Notes: generated by a model from the sequence alone, not told the origin. Positions 21,243 to 31,744 are shown, counted from the stretch's first letter. The stretch: DNA of 64,000 nt from an uncultured Chloroflexia bacterium (GCA_963728205.1 CAVSIV010000001.1:288001-352000); one strand, 5' to 3'. A program made the numbers and translations.

Positions 21243-22443
21243 ATCCACATCTCCAGCCGGCTCTCCAGAGCCCTCGGCGCCGCCTTCGCGGCGCTCATCA
21301 TGTTCACCGCTACCGCGCTCGTCGCGGGGACCGGTCCGGCCGCGGCCGTCCCGGCGTCGGCTGCCGGCCTCGCCTTCCGCTTCCCGGCGCCGGCCGGCAC
21401 GCAGTGGCAGGTCGCGGGCGGCTACAACACCGCGACGCACTCGATGGCCGACGGCGGCGACCCGTACGCCCTCGACATCGTGCGCACCGACGCGCCGACG
21501 GCCGACACGCCGGTACTCGCACCTGTCGACGGCACGATCGGGTTCGTCGAGTCGAGCAACGCGCGCTGCATCGGCATCCGCACGTCGGATCGCTTCACGG
21601 TCATGATGTGCCACCTGAACCCGCTCGCGAGCGTGCAGCGCGGCATGACGGTGACCCGCGGGATGCAGCTCGCCACGGTCGCGAAGGCCGGCGACGCCGC
21701 GAACAACGGGCTCTCGCACATCCACTTTGCCGTGAGCCAGCCGTCGGGCACCCACGACTGGGGCATGGGCACCACCGTGCCGTTCTCGGGCCGCTGGGCA
21801 CTCGAGGGCCAGGACATGCCCGCGACGACCGCGCCCGACGCCTACGCGGGCGTGGCGTTCACATCGACGAACTCGGTCAACCACGCGCCCACGGTGGCCG
21901 CGGGCGCGGATATCCAGGTGCAGCCCGGCGAGCCGGTGACGCTCACGGCGCACGGCGCCGATCGCGACGGGGATCCGCTGACCTACGTGTGGTCGCAGTC
22001 GAGCGGACCGACCGTTCAGCTCAGCCCGAGCGGCGCGTCGGTCTCGTTCGCCGCGCCCGACGCCGACGGCGCGCAGCTCACGTTCACAGCCGCGGCGGTC
22101 GACCCGGGGGCGCTGTTCGGGTACGACTCCGTGACGGTGACCGTGAACGCGAGCGCCCCGACCACCGGCGGCGCGTCGAGCGCTTCGACGGGCGGCGTGA
22201 TCCTCGAGCGGATCGCTGCCCGCCAACGGCGGGTTCGGGACGCTGCTGTACAGCGGCGGCACGACGGACGAGCTGGTGGCGGCGGCCGGCTGCACGGCCG
22301 GCGCGGGCCGGTTCTGGGTCGTCGACGGCGGCGCGTTCGTCGGCTACTTCCCCGGCGCGGCGACGTTCGTGAACGCCGGCTGGACGGCGCTCTTCGCGAA
22401 CGGTCTGCCCGCGCGGACAATCGTGATCGGGACCTGCGGGTAG
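21243..22443 (+). CDS. Secreted M23-family peptidase-like protein with PKD/Ig-like domain and a two-Cys C-terminal domain (+1 insertion at about 22206; start uncertain)
   Basis: Signal-peptide-like N-terminus; H..(YALD), PVLAPVDGTI, MCHL, SHIHF (M23); NHAPTVAAGAD...DRDGDPLTYVWSQ (PKD); the shifted frame continues SGSLPANGGFG...GTCG*. Confidence 0.75.
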
Positions 22444-22517
22444 CGGGGAGGACGCGCGGGTAGCGGGTGGGGCGCCGGGAGCACGGGGCGACAGGCTCCG
22501 CGCTCCCCGCGCCTCCG

Positions 22518-24125
22518 TTAGATCGGGGACGGGCCCGCTGCGCGGTCGGGCTCCTCGAGCAGCTTGCGGGCGTCGGGCAGCGCGCGCAGCAAGTCCTGCG
22601 CGATGCCGGCGGCCGTGCCGTACGCCTCCGAGATGAGGCGGCCGGCCTCCGCGTGGACCCACACAGCGGCCGACGCCGCGTCGAACGGCGACATCCTCTG
22701 CCCGAGCATGCCGACGATCAGCCCGGCAAGCACGTCGCCCGTGCCGCCGTGCGCGAGCATCGCGTTCGCGGCCGAGGAGACGCGCGCACGGCCGTCGGGC
22801 GCGGCGACGATGGTGTTCGCGCCTTTGAGCACCACCACGCTGCCGCTCTCGCGCGCGAAGTCGGTGGCGACCGCGAGACGGTGCGACTGCACGTCCGCGA
22901 CGTCGCGGCCGGTCAGGCGCGACATCTCGCCGGGGTGCGGGGTGAGCACGCGCGGGACGGACACGCGCTCCCACCAGCGGGGTTGCTGCGCGAGCAGGTT
23001 GAGCGCGTCGGCGTCGAGCACGAGCGCCTCGAGCGCGTGCTCCGCGCCGTCGAGCCCTGCGAGCAGCGCCTGCACGAACGCGCGCGTCGGCTCGGCCGTA
23101 CCGAGCCCGGGGCCAACGAGCATCGCCCGCGCGCGCGACGCGCCCAGCGCGCGCAGCAGCGCATTCGCCGCGTCGGCGCTCAGCGCGCCGTCGACGTGCG
23201 GCAGCGGCTCATGGATCACGTCCGGCAGGCCCGCGGCGATCAGCGACTGGATGGCCGCGGGCGCGGCCATCGCCACGAGGCCGGCGCCCGACCGCGCCGC
23301 GGCCTCCCCGGAGAGCCGCGCGGCGCCGGGGAAGCGCTGTGAGCCGGCGACGACGAACACCGTCCCGTACGTCCCCTTGTGCGAGTCCGGCGCGCGCGAT
23401 GGCATGAGCGGGCGCAGGTCGCGCAGGCGCAGCTCCTCGAACGGCAGATCGGCGGCGGCGTCCGCCGGCAGGCCAATCTCCACCGGGACGACGCGCCCGG
23501 CAAAGCCGGCGCCCGGGGAGGCGAACAGCCCCACCTTCGCGAAGCCGAACGTCACCGTGATGTCGGCCGCGATCGCGAGCGGGTCGGCGAAGCCGGTGTC
23601 GGCGTCGACGCCGGTCGGCAGGTCGAGCGCGAGGACCTGCGGGCGGTACGACGACTCGCGGAGCGCGGCGAGCCGGCGCGCGATCGCCGCGAGGTCGCCG
23701 TCGAGCGGGCGCTCGCGCGGCGACTGGCCGGTGCCGAGCAGCCCGTCGATCACGAGCGACGCCTGTTCGAGCATCGAATCGAGCCCGGCGAAGCCGGGGT
23801 CCTCGTCGATGGTCGTGGTCGGCACGCCGGATTCGACGACGGCGCGCCACTCGGCGTCGTCGTCGGCGCGCGGGCGCAGCAGGTAGGCGTGCACCGCCGC
23901 GCCCCACTCGAGGAGCTGGCGCGCGGCGACGAGCGCGTCGCCGCCGTTGTTGCCGGGGCCGACGAGCACGAGGATCGGTCGGCTCTCGATCGCGCCGACC
24001 GCCATCCAGGCCTCCTGCGCGGCCGCGGTACCGGCCTCGTGCATCAGCTGGCGCTCGGAGACGCCGGCCGCGACGGCCGCCTGCTCCAGCTCGCGCATCT
24101 GGTCGGCGGTCACGAGCTTCGTCAC
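22518..24125 (-). CDS. nnr: Bifunctional NAD(P)H-hydrate epimerase/dehydratase
   Basis: GPGNNGGD, IDGLLGTG, DLPTG, SHKGTYG, VGPGLG, LDADALN, LTPHPGEM, GGTGDVLAG. Confidence 0.95.
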   Translation of the reverse strand: MTKLVTADQMRELEQAAVAAGVSERQLMHEAGTAAAQEAWMAVGAIESRPILVLVGPGNNGGDALVAARQLLEWGAAVHAYLLRPRADDDAEWRAVVESGVPTTTIDEDPGFAGLDSMLEQASLVIDGLLGTGQSPRERPLDGDLAAIARRLAALRESSYRPQVLALDLPTGVDADTGFADPLAIAADITVTFGFAKVGLFASPGAGFAGRVVPVEIGLPADAAADLPFEELRLRDLRPLMPSRAPDSHKGTYGTVFVVAGSQRFPGAARLSGEAAARSGAGLVAMAAPAAIQSLIAAGLPDVIHEPLPHVDGALSADAANALLRALGASRARAMLVGPGLGTAEPTRAFVQALLAGLDGAEHALEALVLDADALNLLAQQPRWWERVSVPRVLTPHPGEMSRLTGRDVADVQSHRLAVATDFARESGSVVVLKGANTIVAAPDGRARVSSAANAMLAHGGTGDVLAGLIVGMLGQRMSPFDAASAAVWVHAEAGRLISEAYGTAAGIAQDLLRALPDARKLLEEPDRAAGPSPI

Positions 24126-24604
24126 GCGGGCTCCTCGTTCTCGTCTGCGGCCGTGTCCTCGTCGCGCAGCAGCCCGCGCTCGCGCAGGCGGCGCAGCAGG
24201 CGCTCGCGGGCCTCGGCCGGCTCCTGCTCGCGCACGGCCTGCGAGCAGACCACCGACGCGATCGCGAACGACTCCAGGTGGCTGAGCGAGATGTCGATGG
24301 CGTCGAGGCCGATGCGCTCGGCGCGCTTCGCGGCGTTGCCGTGCAGGTAGACGAGCGGCTTGCCGCGGCGGTCGGGCAGCACCTCGATGTCGCGCCAGGC
24401 CACGGAGCGCGCGCCGGTGCCGAGCGCCTTCATCAGCGCCTCCTTCGCGGCGAAGCGCGCCGCGAGCTCGGGCACGCGACCGCGGCAGAACGCGACCTCC
24501 GCCGGCGTGAAGACGCGGCGGAGGAAGCGCTCGGGGTGCCGCGCGAGCACCGCGCGCACGCGATCGATCTCGATCATGTCGATGCCGACGGCATGGGTGG
24601 TCAC
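24122..24604 (-). CDS. acpS: Holo-ACP synthase
   Basis: VGIDMIEI, LAARFAAKEALMKALGTG, GKP, ISLSH. Confidence 0.93.
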   Translation of the reverse strand: MTTHAVGIDMIEIDRVRAVLARHPERFLRRVFTPAEVAFCRGRVPELAARFAAKEALMKALGTGARSVAWRDIEVLPDRRGKPLVYLHGNAAKRAERIGLDAIDISLSHLESFAIASVVCSQAVREQEPAEARERLLRRLRERGLLRDEDTAADENEEPA

Positions 24605-24718
24605 GCGGGGAAGGTACATGGGGACCGCGTCCGACGGCGAGCACGGCGTGTGTGCCCCGCGCTCGCCCCGGCGGAGGGGCGCTGAGATACTGGCGGCTCG
24701 ACGGCTCGAAGCAGGGAG

Positions 24719-25600
24719 GTGCCGGTGGGCGCGCGCATCATCGAGGGCAGGACGATCGCCGCGGAGGTGCGCGCCGAGGTGGCGCGCGAGATCGAGCGCA
24801 TCGTCGCGGCCGGCCGCCCGCGGCCGCACCTTACCGCCGTCCTCGTCGGCGACGACCCCGCCTCGGCCACCTATGTGCGTGGCAAGGACCGCGACTGCCG
24901 CGAGGTCGGCCTCTCGTCGCAGGTGATCCACCTCCCGGCCGAGACTTCGCAGGAGGAGCTCCTCCAGATCGTCGAGCGCCTGAACGCCGACCCCGCGGTG
25001 AGCGGCTTCATCTGCCAGATGCCGTTCCCGCAGCAGATCGACGAGCACGCGATCATGCAGGCGATCAGCCCGGACAAGGACGTCGACGGCCTCAGCCCGG
25101 TCAGCCAGGGCCTGCTCATGCAGGGCCGGCCGCGCTTCATCTCGGCCACGCCGGCCGGCGTGCAGCAGATGCTCGCGCGTTCGGGCATCGACCCCGCCGG
25201 GCAGCGCGTCGTGATCGTCGGGCGGTCGTCGCTCGTCGGCCGGCCGCTGGCGATGCTGCTCGTGAACAAGGCCCCGGGCGCGAACGCGACCGTGACGCTC
25301 GCGCACACCGGCACGCGCGATCTCGCCGCGGTGACGCGCGAGGCCGACATCCTCGTCGCCGCGGCGGGCAGCCCGCGGATGATCACCGCGGACATGGTGC
25401 GGCCGGGCGCGGTCGTCATCGACGTCGGCGTGAACCGCATCGAGGACGCGTCGCGCAAGTCGGGCTTCCGGCTCGTCGGCGACGTCGACTTCGACGCCGT
25501 GGTGGAGGTTGCTTCGGCGATCACGCCGGTGCCCGGCGGGGTGGGGCTGATGACGCGGGCGATGCTGCTGGTGAACACGCTGGCGGCGGCGCGGGGCTGA
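24719..25600 (+). CDS. folD: Methylenetetrahydrofolate dehydrogenase/cyclohydrolase
   Basis: VGDDPASATYV, KDVDG, VGRSSLVGRP, IDVGVNR, VGDVDF, TPVPGGVG. Confidence 0.97.
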   Translation: MPVGARIIEGRTIAAEVRAEVAREIERIVAAGRPRPHLTAVLVGDDPASATYVRGKDRDCREVGLSSQVIHLPAETSQEELLQIVERLNADPAVSGFICQMPFPQQIDEHAIMQAISPDKDVDGLSPVSQGLLMQGRPRFISATPAGVQQMLARSGIDPAGQRVVIVGRSSLVGRPLAMLLVNKAPGANATVTLAHTGTRDLAAVTREADILVAAAGSPRMITADMVRPGAVVIDVGVNRIEDASRKSGFRLVGDVDFDAVVEVASAITPVPGGVGLMTRAMLLVNTLAAARG

Positions 25601-25641
25601 CCGCCATTGCGTTGTGCTGCTGGTCGCAGCAAAATGCATGC

Positions 25642-25878
25642 ATGCCCGTTTCCATCACCATCCGCGACGTGCCGGATGCCACGCGCCACGAGCTGGCCGC
25701 GCGCGCTGCGCGCTCGGGTCGCTCGCTGCAGGAGTACCTCCGCGCCGAGCTGATCGAGATCGCGCGGCGCCCGGACCCGGCCGCGCTGCTGGCCGACGTG
25801 CGCGAGCGCAAGCGCCGCACCGCCACCCGCCTGGACGCGGAGACGATTGTGCGCCTGCGGGACGCCGACCGGGAGTGA
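25642..25878 (+). CDS. Ribbon-helix-helix antitoxin (FitA/VapB-like)
   Basis: MPVSITIRDVPDATRHELAARAARSGRSLQEYLR; 78 aa; overlaps the downstream PIN toxin by 4 nt. Confidence 0.88.
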   Translation: MPVSITIRDVPDATRHELAARAARSGRSLQEYLRAELIEIARRPDPAALLADVRERKRRTATRLDAETIVRLRDADRE

Positions 25879-26270
25879 CGCTGGTCGTCGACGCGTCGTT
25901 CGTGGTCGCGGCGCTGATCGACGCCGGTCCCGACGGCGCCTGGGCCGACTCGCTGCTCGGCGTGGAGCCGCTCGCCGCGCCGCACCTGATGCCCGTGGAG
26001 GCCGCGAACATCCTGCGCCGGGCGGCGCTCCACGGCGCGATCTCCGCGGACGCGGCGTCGCTCGCGCACGCGGACCTGCTGCGGCTCCGCGCGACGCTCT
26101 TCCCGTACGAGCCGTTCGCCGAGCGCGCCTGGGAGCTGCGCGACGCCGTCACCGCCTACGACGGCTGGTACGTCGCGCTCGCCGAGGTGCTGGACGCGCC
26201 GCTGGCCACGCTCGACGCGCGCCTCGCGCGCGCCCCGGGTCCGCGCTGCACCTTCGCGACGCGACCATGA
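25875..26270 (+). CDS. vapC: PIN-domain toxin (VapC family)
   Basis: LVVDAS, APHLMPVEAANIL, TAYDGWYVALAE, LATLDARL. Confidence 0.92.
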   Translation: MTLVVDASFVVAALIDAGPDGAWADSLLGVEPLAAPHLMPVEAANILRRAALHGAISADAASLAHADLLRLRATLFPYEPFAERAWELRDAVTAYDGWYVALAEVLDAPLATLDARLARAPGPRCTFATRP

Positions 26271-26335
26271 CGCGGCGAGCACGGGGCCGATCCCCCGCGC
26301 TCGCCGCCTCCGGTTGGCCGTGCGAACATGGATGC

Positions 26336-27470
26336 ATGGACGAACTTCGACAGCGAATCGCCGAATTGCTCGAGCGCGTGCGGGACGTGCAGGTGCGTCT
26401 TTGACCTGCCCGGCAAAGCGCGCCAGCTAGAGCAGCTCCGCGAGGCGTCCCAGGCCCCGGACCTCTGGAACGACCAGGCGCACGCCCAGTCCGTGATGAA
26501 GGACGTCTCGACCCTCGAGCACCTCGTCACCACGTGGTCCGAGCTCGAGCAGCACCTCGCCGACCTGCAGGACATCGTCGAGCTCGCCGAGGACACGGAC
26601 GAGGCGGAGCGCGACGCCCTCGCGGCCGACGTCGACCGCGAGCTCACCGCGCTCGAGCGCCAGTTCGGGGACCTCGAGTTCGAGCTCACCCTGAGCGGAC
26701 CGTACGACGCGCGCAACGCCGTGCTCTCCGTGCACGCCGGCGCCGGCGGCACCGAGGCGCAGGACTGGGCGGAGATGCTGCTGCGGATGTACATCCGCTG
26801 GTCGGACCAGCACGGCTTCAAGTCCGAGCTGCTCTCGGTCTCCGCGGGTGAGGAGGCCGGCATCAAGTCGGCCGAGCTGCGCATCGCCGGGCGCAACTGC
26901 TACGGGCTGCTGCGCTCGGAGCGCGGCGTGCACCGGCTCGTCCGCATCTCGCCGTTCGACGCCTCCGGCTCGCGTCACACGAGCTTCGCGCTCGTCGAGG
27001 TGATGCCGGAGGCCGCGAAGGGCGAGCTCAGCGTCGAGATCAAGCCGGATGACATCCGCGTGGATACCTACCGCGCGAGCGGCCACGGCGGCCAGAACGT
27101 GCAGAAGAACGACACGGCGGTGCGCATCACGCACCTGCCCACCGGCATCGTGGTGACGTGCCAGAATGAGCGGTCCCAGAACCGCAACCGCGAAAGCGCG
27201 ATGCTGGTGCTCGAGTCCCGCCTCCTGGAGCTCGAGATCGAGCGTGTCGAGCGCGAACGCGCGGCGCTGAAGGGCGCGCACGTGGAGGCCGGCTGGGGCA
27301 ACCAGATCCGCTCCTACGTGCTGCAGCCGTACAAGATGGTGAAGGACCTGCGCACGGGCGCGGAGACGAGCGACTCGGACGCCGTCATCGACGGCGATAT
27401 CGATCAGTTCATCCAGGCCTACCTGCGGAGCCAGGTTGGCGTGGAAGACGAAGGGGTGGCGGCCAGTTGA
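26336..27470 (+). CDS. prfB: Peptide chain release factor 2, with programmed +1 frameshift at CTT-TGA-C (26399-26405)
   Basis: MDELRQRI...VRL*, then +1 frame DLPGK...; internal SD-like AGGTG 3 nt before CTTTGAC; SPF and GGQ motifs. Confidence 0.97.
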
Positions 27471-28892
27471 GTCTCGCGCGGTGGGGTTCCCGGTCCGCGT
27501 CCCTTCGCTCGTCTGCCGTCATCGCCGCCCTCGTCGCCCTGATCGTGGTCGGCGCGAGCGTGCTCGGGCCGCCGCGCGCCGCGCTCGCCGGAACGATCCA
27601 GGTCGCGCCAGCGCAGGTCACCGCGCCCGACCCCAGCTCGATCACGTTCACCGCGCGCGTGCAGGCGTCGGCCGGGCTGAAGTCCGCGCGACTCGAGTAC
27701 AAGGTACTCGAACCCCGACGGCAACGTCGGCGGCGGCGGCGACGCGAAGTTCAGCCCCGGCACCGAGACCGACGTCAGCTTCACGCTCACGACGAAGGAT
27801 GCGACCCGCTACATCCCCGTCGGGTCGGAGTTCAGCTTCCACTGGGTGCTCACCGACAACGACGGCCAGGTGAAGCAGACCGACGACGAGACGCAGGTCT
27901 TCCTCGACGGCCGCTACCAGTGGAACCAGAAGACGGAGGGCCAGGCGACCGTCTACTGGTACGGCAACAACGACCACAACGCGACGATCGCGCTCGACGC
28001 CGCGAAGGCGTCGCTGACCGACAGCCAGAAGCTGCTCGGCGTGACCGTGCCGTACCCGATTCGCCTGGTCGTGTACGCCTCGGAATCGGATGGCCAGCTC
28101 GCGCTGCAGTCACGCGGCTCGACCTTCGACTCGCAGGTGATCACCGGCGGCGAACGCGTGGCGCCGGATCTGATACTCGTCTTCACGCCCGACACCGCGG
28201 TGATCCGGCACGAGACGGCGCACATCGTGACGCACGTCGCGGGGGACGGACCGTTCGTCTCGCTGCCGTCATGGATCGACGAGGGCACGGCGGTCTACGA
28301 GCAGCCGGACCCGGGCAACGCGTACACGTCGGGCCTGCAGCAGGAGATCGCGACGAACCACACGCTGCGCCTGAAGTCGCTGCAGGCCCCCGTGAACCAG
28401 CCCGACCTCGTGAACCAGTTCTACGGGCAGTCGTGGTCGACGGTGAAGTACATCATCGACACCTTCGGCCGGGAGAAGTTCGCGAAGATCTTCTCGCTCG
28501 TGAAGGCGGGGTCGCCGATCGACCAGGCACTGCAGCAGGCGATCGGCGTCGACCAGGACGGCCTGTACAACGCGTGGCGTCAGGCGCATGACCTGCAGCC
28601 CGAGGCGTTTGCGACGACCGCCGCCGGCACGGCGGTCGCCGCCCCGCAGTCGACCGTCGCGCCGCTGAGCATCCCCACGAGCAGCAGCGGCGCGAGCGCG
28701 CAGGCGACGCCGGGCGGGCAGGCGTCGACGTCGAACGGTGCGACGAGCGGCACTCCGGCAGGCGCCAACGGCGCCGACGCGAGCGCGAGCACGTCGAACC
28801 GGACGGTCGCGATCGTGGTGGGGCTGCTGACCGTGGTGCTGGCCGCGGGGCTCGGCGGCGCGGGGTTCGTGATGTTGCGCCGGCGCGGGTAG
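27467..28892 (+). CDS. Secreted, C-terminally membrane-anchored zinc metallopeptidase (peptidase MA-like); +1 insertion at about 27710
   Basis: Signal peptide; RHETAH (HExxH) plus WIDEGTA; Ser/Thr/Ala linker; C-terminal TM followed by RRRG. Confidence 0.82.
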
Positions 28893-29010
28893 CTCGGAGC
28901 CCACGGCAAGCGGCGGCTCCGGGCCGCCGATTCCGCCGAGGCCGCCGATTACGCGGGCGTCAGACGCCGCGGGTTCCTTCGGCGGCAGGCCTGCCGCCGC
29001 TTCGTCCCGG

Positions 29011-29895
29011 CTAGTCCCGCCCCGGCACGTACAGCCCGCTGCCGCCCGACGGCTCGGCGCCGCCGCCCGCTGGGGGCTGGCCCTTGGCGAAGCCCGACGA
29101 CAGTCGCTGCGCCTCGGCTTCCGCTTCCATCTGCTGGCGCGCCAGCTCGCGTGCCTCGTCTTCGGTGACATAACGCGTCGTGAAGACGTGGTCGCGGATC
29201 ACGGGGTCCGGGTCGCCGGCGACGACGCGGCGGATCTGCTCGAGCAGCTCGTCCTCGTCCCACGCGCCGTCGAAGCGGCGGCCGTTGATCACGAGCGCCG
29301 GCACCTCGGTGAGCGCACGCTGGCCCGCGAGCACCGGGAACTCGGCCATCTCGATGATGCGCACGCGCAGCTGCCGCGACTCCACGCCGAAGGCGCCGGC
29401 GACGCGCGCCACGTGGGCCGAGTACGCGTCGAACGGCGAGACCATCGCCTCGAGCGTGACCGGCTCGGGCAGCGCCTGCAGCGCCGTGCGCGTCGCGTCC
29501 GTTACGGGCGTGCGTCCCTGCGAGACGAACCCGACGAGGTCGAGCAGCACGGGGAAGAGCAGCCCGGAGAACAGGCCGACGAGTTGGAGCGACCGCCCGG
29601 CGCCGCGCACAACGACCGTCGGCGCGAGGTCGACGCCCGCCTCGGCGGCCCGGCTCGCGTGACGCTCGAGGTCGTACGCGGTGACCGAGAGCGCCGGGTG
29701 CAGCGTCGCGATCTGGCGGATCACGGCGGCGACGTCGTCGCAGTGGGTGCAGGTGTCGCGGTCGGTGCGCACCAGGCCGGACTCGGGGCGCGTCCACAGG
29801 TCGAAGCCGACGGAGCGGTCCAGGCGCTCACCGAGGTAGGCGGCGATCTGCTGTCGGTCGTCGCGGTCGAGCGGGCCGGCAGGCACGGCGGGCAT
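29011..29895 (-). CDS. Two-domain thioredoxin-fold protein (protein-disulfide oxidoreductase / AhpF-NTD-like)
   Basis: CTHC in the N-domain, GVDLAPT; C-domain 'EMAEFPVLA...VPALVING'. Confidence 0.75.
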   Translation of the reverse strand: MPAVPAGPLDRDDRQQIAAYLGERLDRSVGFDLWTRPESGLVRTDRDTCTHCDDVAAVIRQIATLHPALSVTAYDLERHASRAAEAGVDLAPTVVVRGAGRSLQLVGLFSGLLFPVLLDLVGFVSQGRTPVTDATRTALQALPEPVTLEAMVSPFDAYSAHVARVAGAFGVESRQLRVRIIEMAEFPVLAGQRALTEVPALVINGRRFDGAWDEDELLEQIRRVVAGDPDPVIRDHVFTTRYVTEDEARELARQQMEAEAEAQRLSSGFAKGQPPAGGGAEPSGGSGLYVPGRD

Positions 29896-30542
29896 CAGCG
29901 GTCGCGCCGTTCGGCGGGCCCCGGCGCCGGCGGCCCCGCGGGCGCGTCCGCCGCGTCCGCCGCGAGCAGCGCGCGCGACGCGAGCCAGAGGCGCTGCACC
30001 GCCGTGAGCAGGCTGAGCACCGCGAGAATCCAGAGCGCCGCGCGCAGCAGCCCGAGAATCAGCCCGGCCGCCGTCAGCACGACGCGCTCCTGGCGGCGGA
30101 ACAGGCCGTCGGTCAGCGCGACGTCGAGCCCCTCGGCGCGCGCGCGCACGTACGAGACGAGCAGCGAGCCCACCACTGCGGCGAACGCGAGCAACGTCTC
30201 CTCGCGGCTCCCTCGGTTGAACGCGTAGACCGCGATCCCGAAGAGGACGACCGCCTCCGAGAAGCGATCGAGCACCGAGTCGTAGAGCGCGCCGAACCGC
30301 GACGCGCGGCCGGTCTGCCGCGCCAGCGCGCCGTCGAGCATGTCGAGCCCGCTCGCGAGCAGCACGACGATGCCGCCGGCGAGCAGCGCGCCGCGCGCGA
30401 TCAGGACCGCGGCGATCGCGTTGCCGGCGAGTCCGGCGGTGGTGACCATCGTCGGCGTCACGCCGGCGGCGGCGAGCACCCCGACGATGGGCGCGAGCAC
30501 GTTGGCCGGCAGTCGCTTCGGGAGCAGCGAGGGCATGCTCAC
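29895..30542 (-). CDS. CDP-alcohol phosphatidyltransferase (phosphatidylinositol-phosphate synthase-like)
   Basis: DMLDGALAR...FGALYDSVLDRFSE signature; SYVRARAE; QER. Confidence 0.92.
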   Translation of the reverse strand: MSMPSLLPKRLPANVLAPIVGVLAAAGVTPTMVTTAGLAGNAIAAVLIARGALLAGGIVVLLASGLDMLDGALARQTGRASRFGALYDSVLDRFSEAVVLFGIAVYAFNRGSREETLLAFAAVVGSLLVSYVRARAEGLDVALTDGLFRRQERVVLTAAGLILGLLRAALWILAVLSLLTAVQRLWLASRALLAADAADAPAGPPAPGPAERRDR

Positions 30543-31744
30543 GAACGCGCGACCGTCCGCGCGGCGGCGTCGAAGCGCCCACCCTCGGCGGGACGGCGCA
30601 CGCCGCGGTAGCTGTGGCGCAGATCGATCAGCCGCTCGTAGTACGAGAGCACCTGCTGCGCGACGTGCGGCCAGCTGTACTCCTCGACGCGACGGCGGCC
30701 GGCACCGGCGAGCGTCGAGCGCAGCGCGGCGTTGCGCAACAGCGTCGTGAGGCCGTTCGCGAGGTCCAGCGTGTCCTTCGGCCGCACGAGCAGCCCGTCG
30801 ACGTTGTGGGTGATCACGGAGGCGTAGCCCTCGATGTTCGTCGCGACGACGGGCACGCTGGCCGCCATCGCCTCGAGCAGCACGTAGCCCTGCGACTCGT
30901 GGCCGGTCGCCGGCGAGCAGAAGATGTCGGCGGAGCGGTGGTAGCGCGGCAGCTCGTCGTAGGAGAGGCCCTCGACAAACACGACGTTGCGCTGGCCGCT
31001 GCGCTCGACGGAGGCGCGGTAGCGGCGCTTCGCCCGCGACTCCGGGCCGACCACGATCAGGCGAGTTGCGGGCATGCGGGCGTTCACGACCCCGAACGCG
31101 CGGAGCAGGTAGCCGAGGCCCTTTCGCTTCTCCGCGCGGCCCACGTAGAGGATGTTCACGAGGCCGTCGTCGAGCTCCGGGATCGGCTCCAGGCGCGGGT
31201 TCGCCCAGTGCGCGATGTCGATGCCGTTCGGGATGATGTTGTAGTAGCCGGGGAAGTAGTGGCCGACGTACTGCGCGGCCGGCGGCGAGACGGCGATCTT
31301 GCCGTCGAGCTCGCGGAACCAGCGCTTGAGCAGCCGGCGCCCGTAGGAATACAGGCGGTTCCCGCCGTCCTTGCGGGCGTGGAACGTGCCGATGTTGACC
31401 GCGTCCGGGTTCGCCGCGTGCGAGTGGCGCAACACCTGGATCGGCAGCACGGGCATCAGCGGCTCGTGGACGTGCACGACGTCGAATTGCTCGCGTTCGA
31501 GGACGGTGCCCACCTGGCGCCCGAGCCGCGGGTTGAGCGAGATGCGCACGACCGAGCCGGACGCGTGCACCGGCAGCGGGCGGCCGATCGGGATGACGTA
31601 CGGGTCGGCGACCGGACGGCTGGCCGGCGCGAGGATGCGCACGTAGTGGCCCCGCTCGCGGAGCTGCTCGGCCAGCGGGCCGACGTGCGCATTCACGCCG
31701 CCCGGCGTGTGCCAGTCGTAGGGCGAGACGAGCGCGATCTTCAT
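30539..31744 (-). CDS. GT4 glycosyltransferase, PimA-like (phosphatidylinositol mannosyltransferase)
   Basis: MKIALVSPYDW..PGGVNAHV, HVHEP, GTFH, IPNGID, RKG, ESQGYVLLEAMA. Confidence 0.88.
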   Translation of the reverse strand: MKIALVSPYDWHTPGGVNAHVGPLAEQLRERGHYVRILAPASRPVADPYVIPIGRPLPVHASGSVVRISLNPRLGRQVGTVLEREQFDVVHVHEPLMPVLPIQVLRHSHAANPDAVNIGTFHARKDGGNRLYSYGRRLLKRWFRELDGKIAVSPPAAQYVGHYFPGYYNIIPNGIDIAHWANPRLEPIPELDDGLVNILYVGRAEKRKGLGYLLRAFGVVNARMPATRLIVVGPESRAKRRYRASVERSGQRNVVFVEGLSYDELPRYHRSADIFCSPATGHESQGYVLLEAMAASVPVVATNIEGYASVITHNVDGLLVRPKDTLDLANGLTTLLRNAALRSTLAGAGRRRVEEYSWPHVAQQVLSYYERLIDLRHSYRGVRRPAEGGRFDAAARTVARS

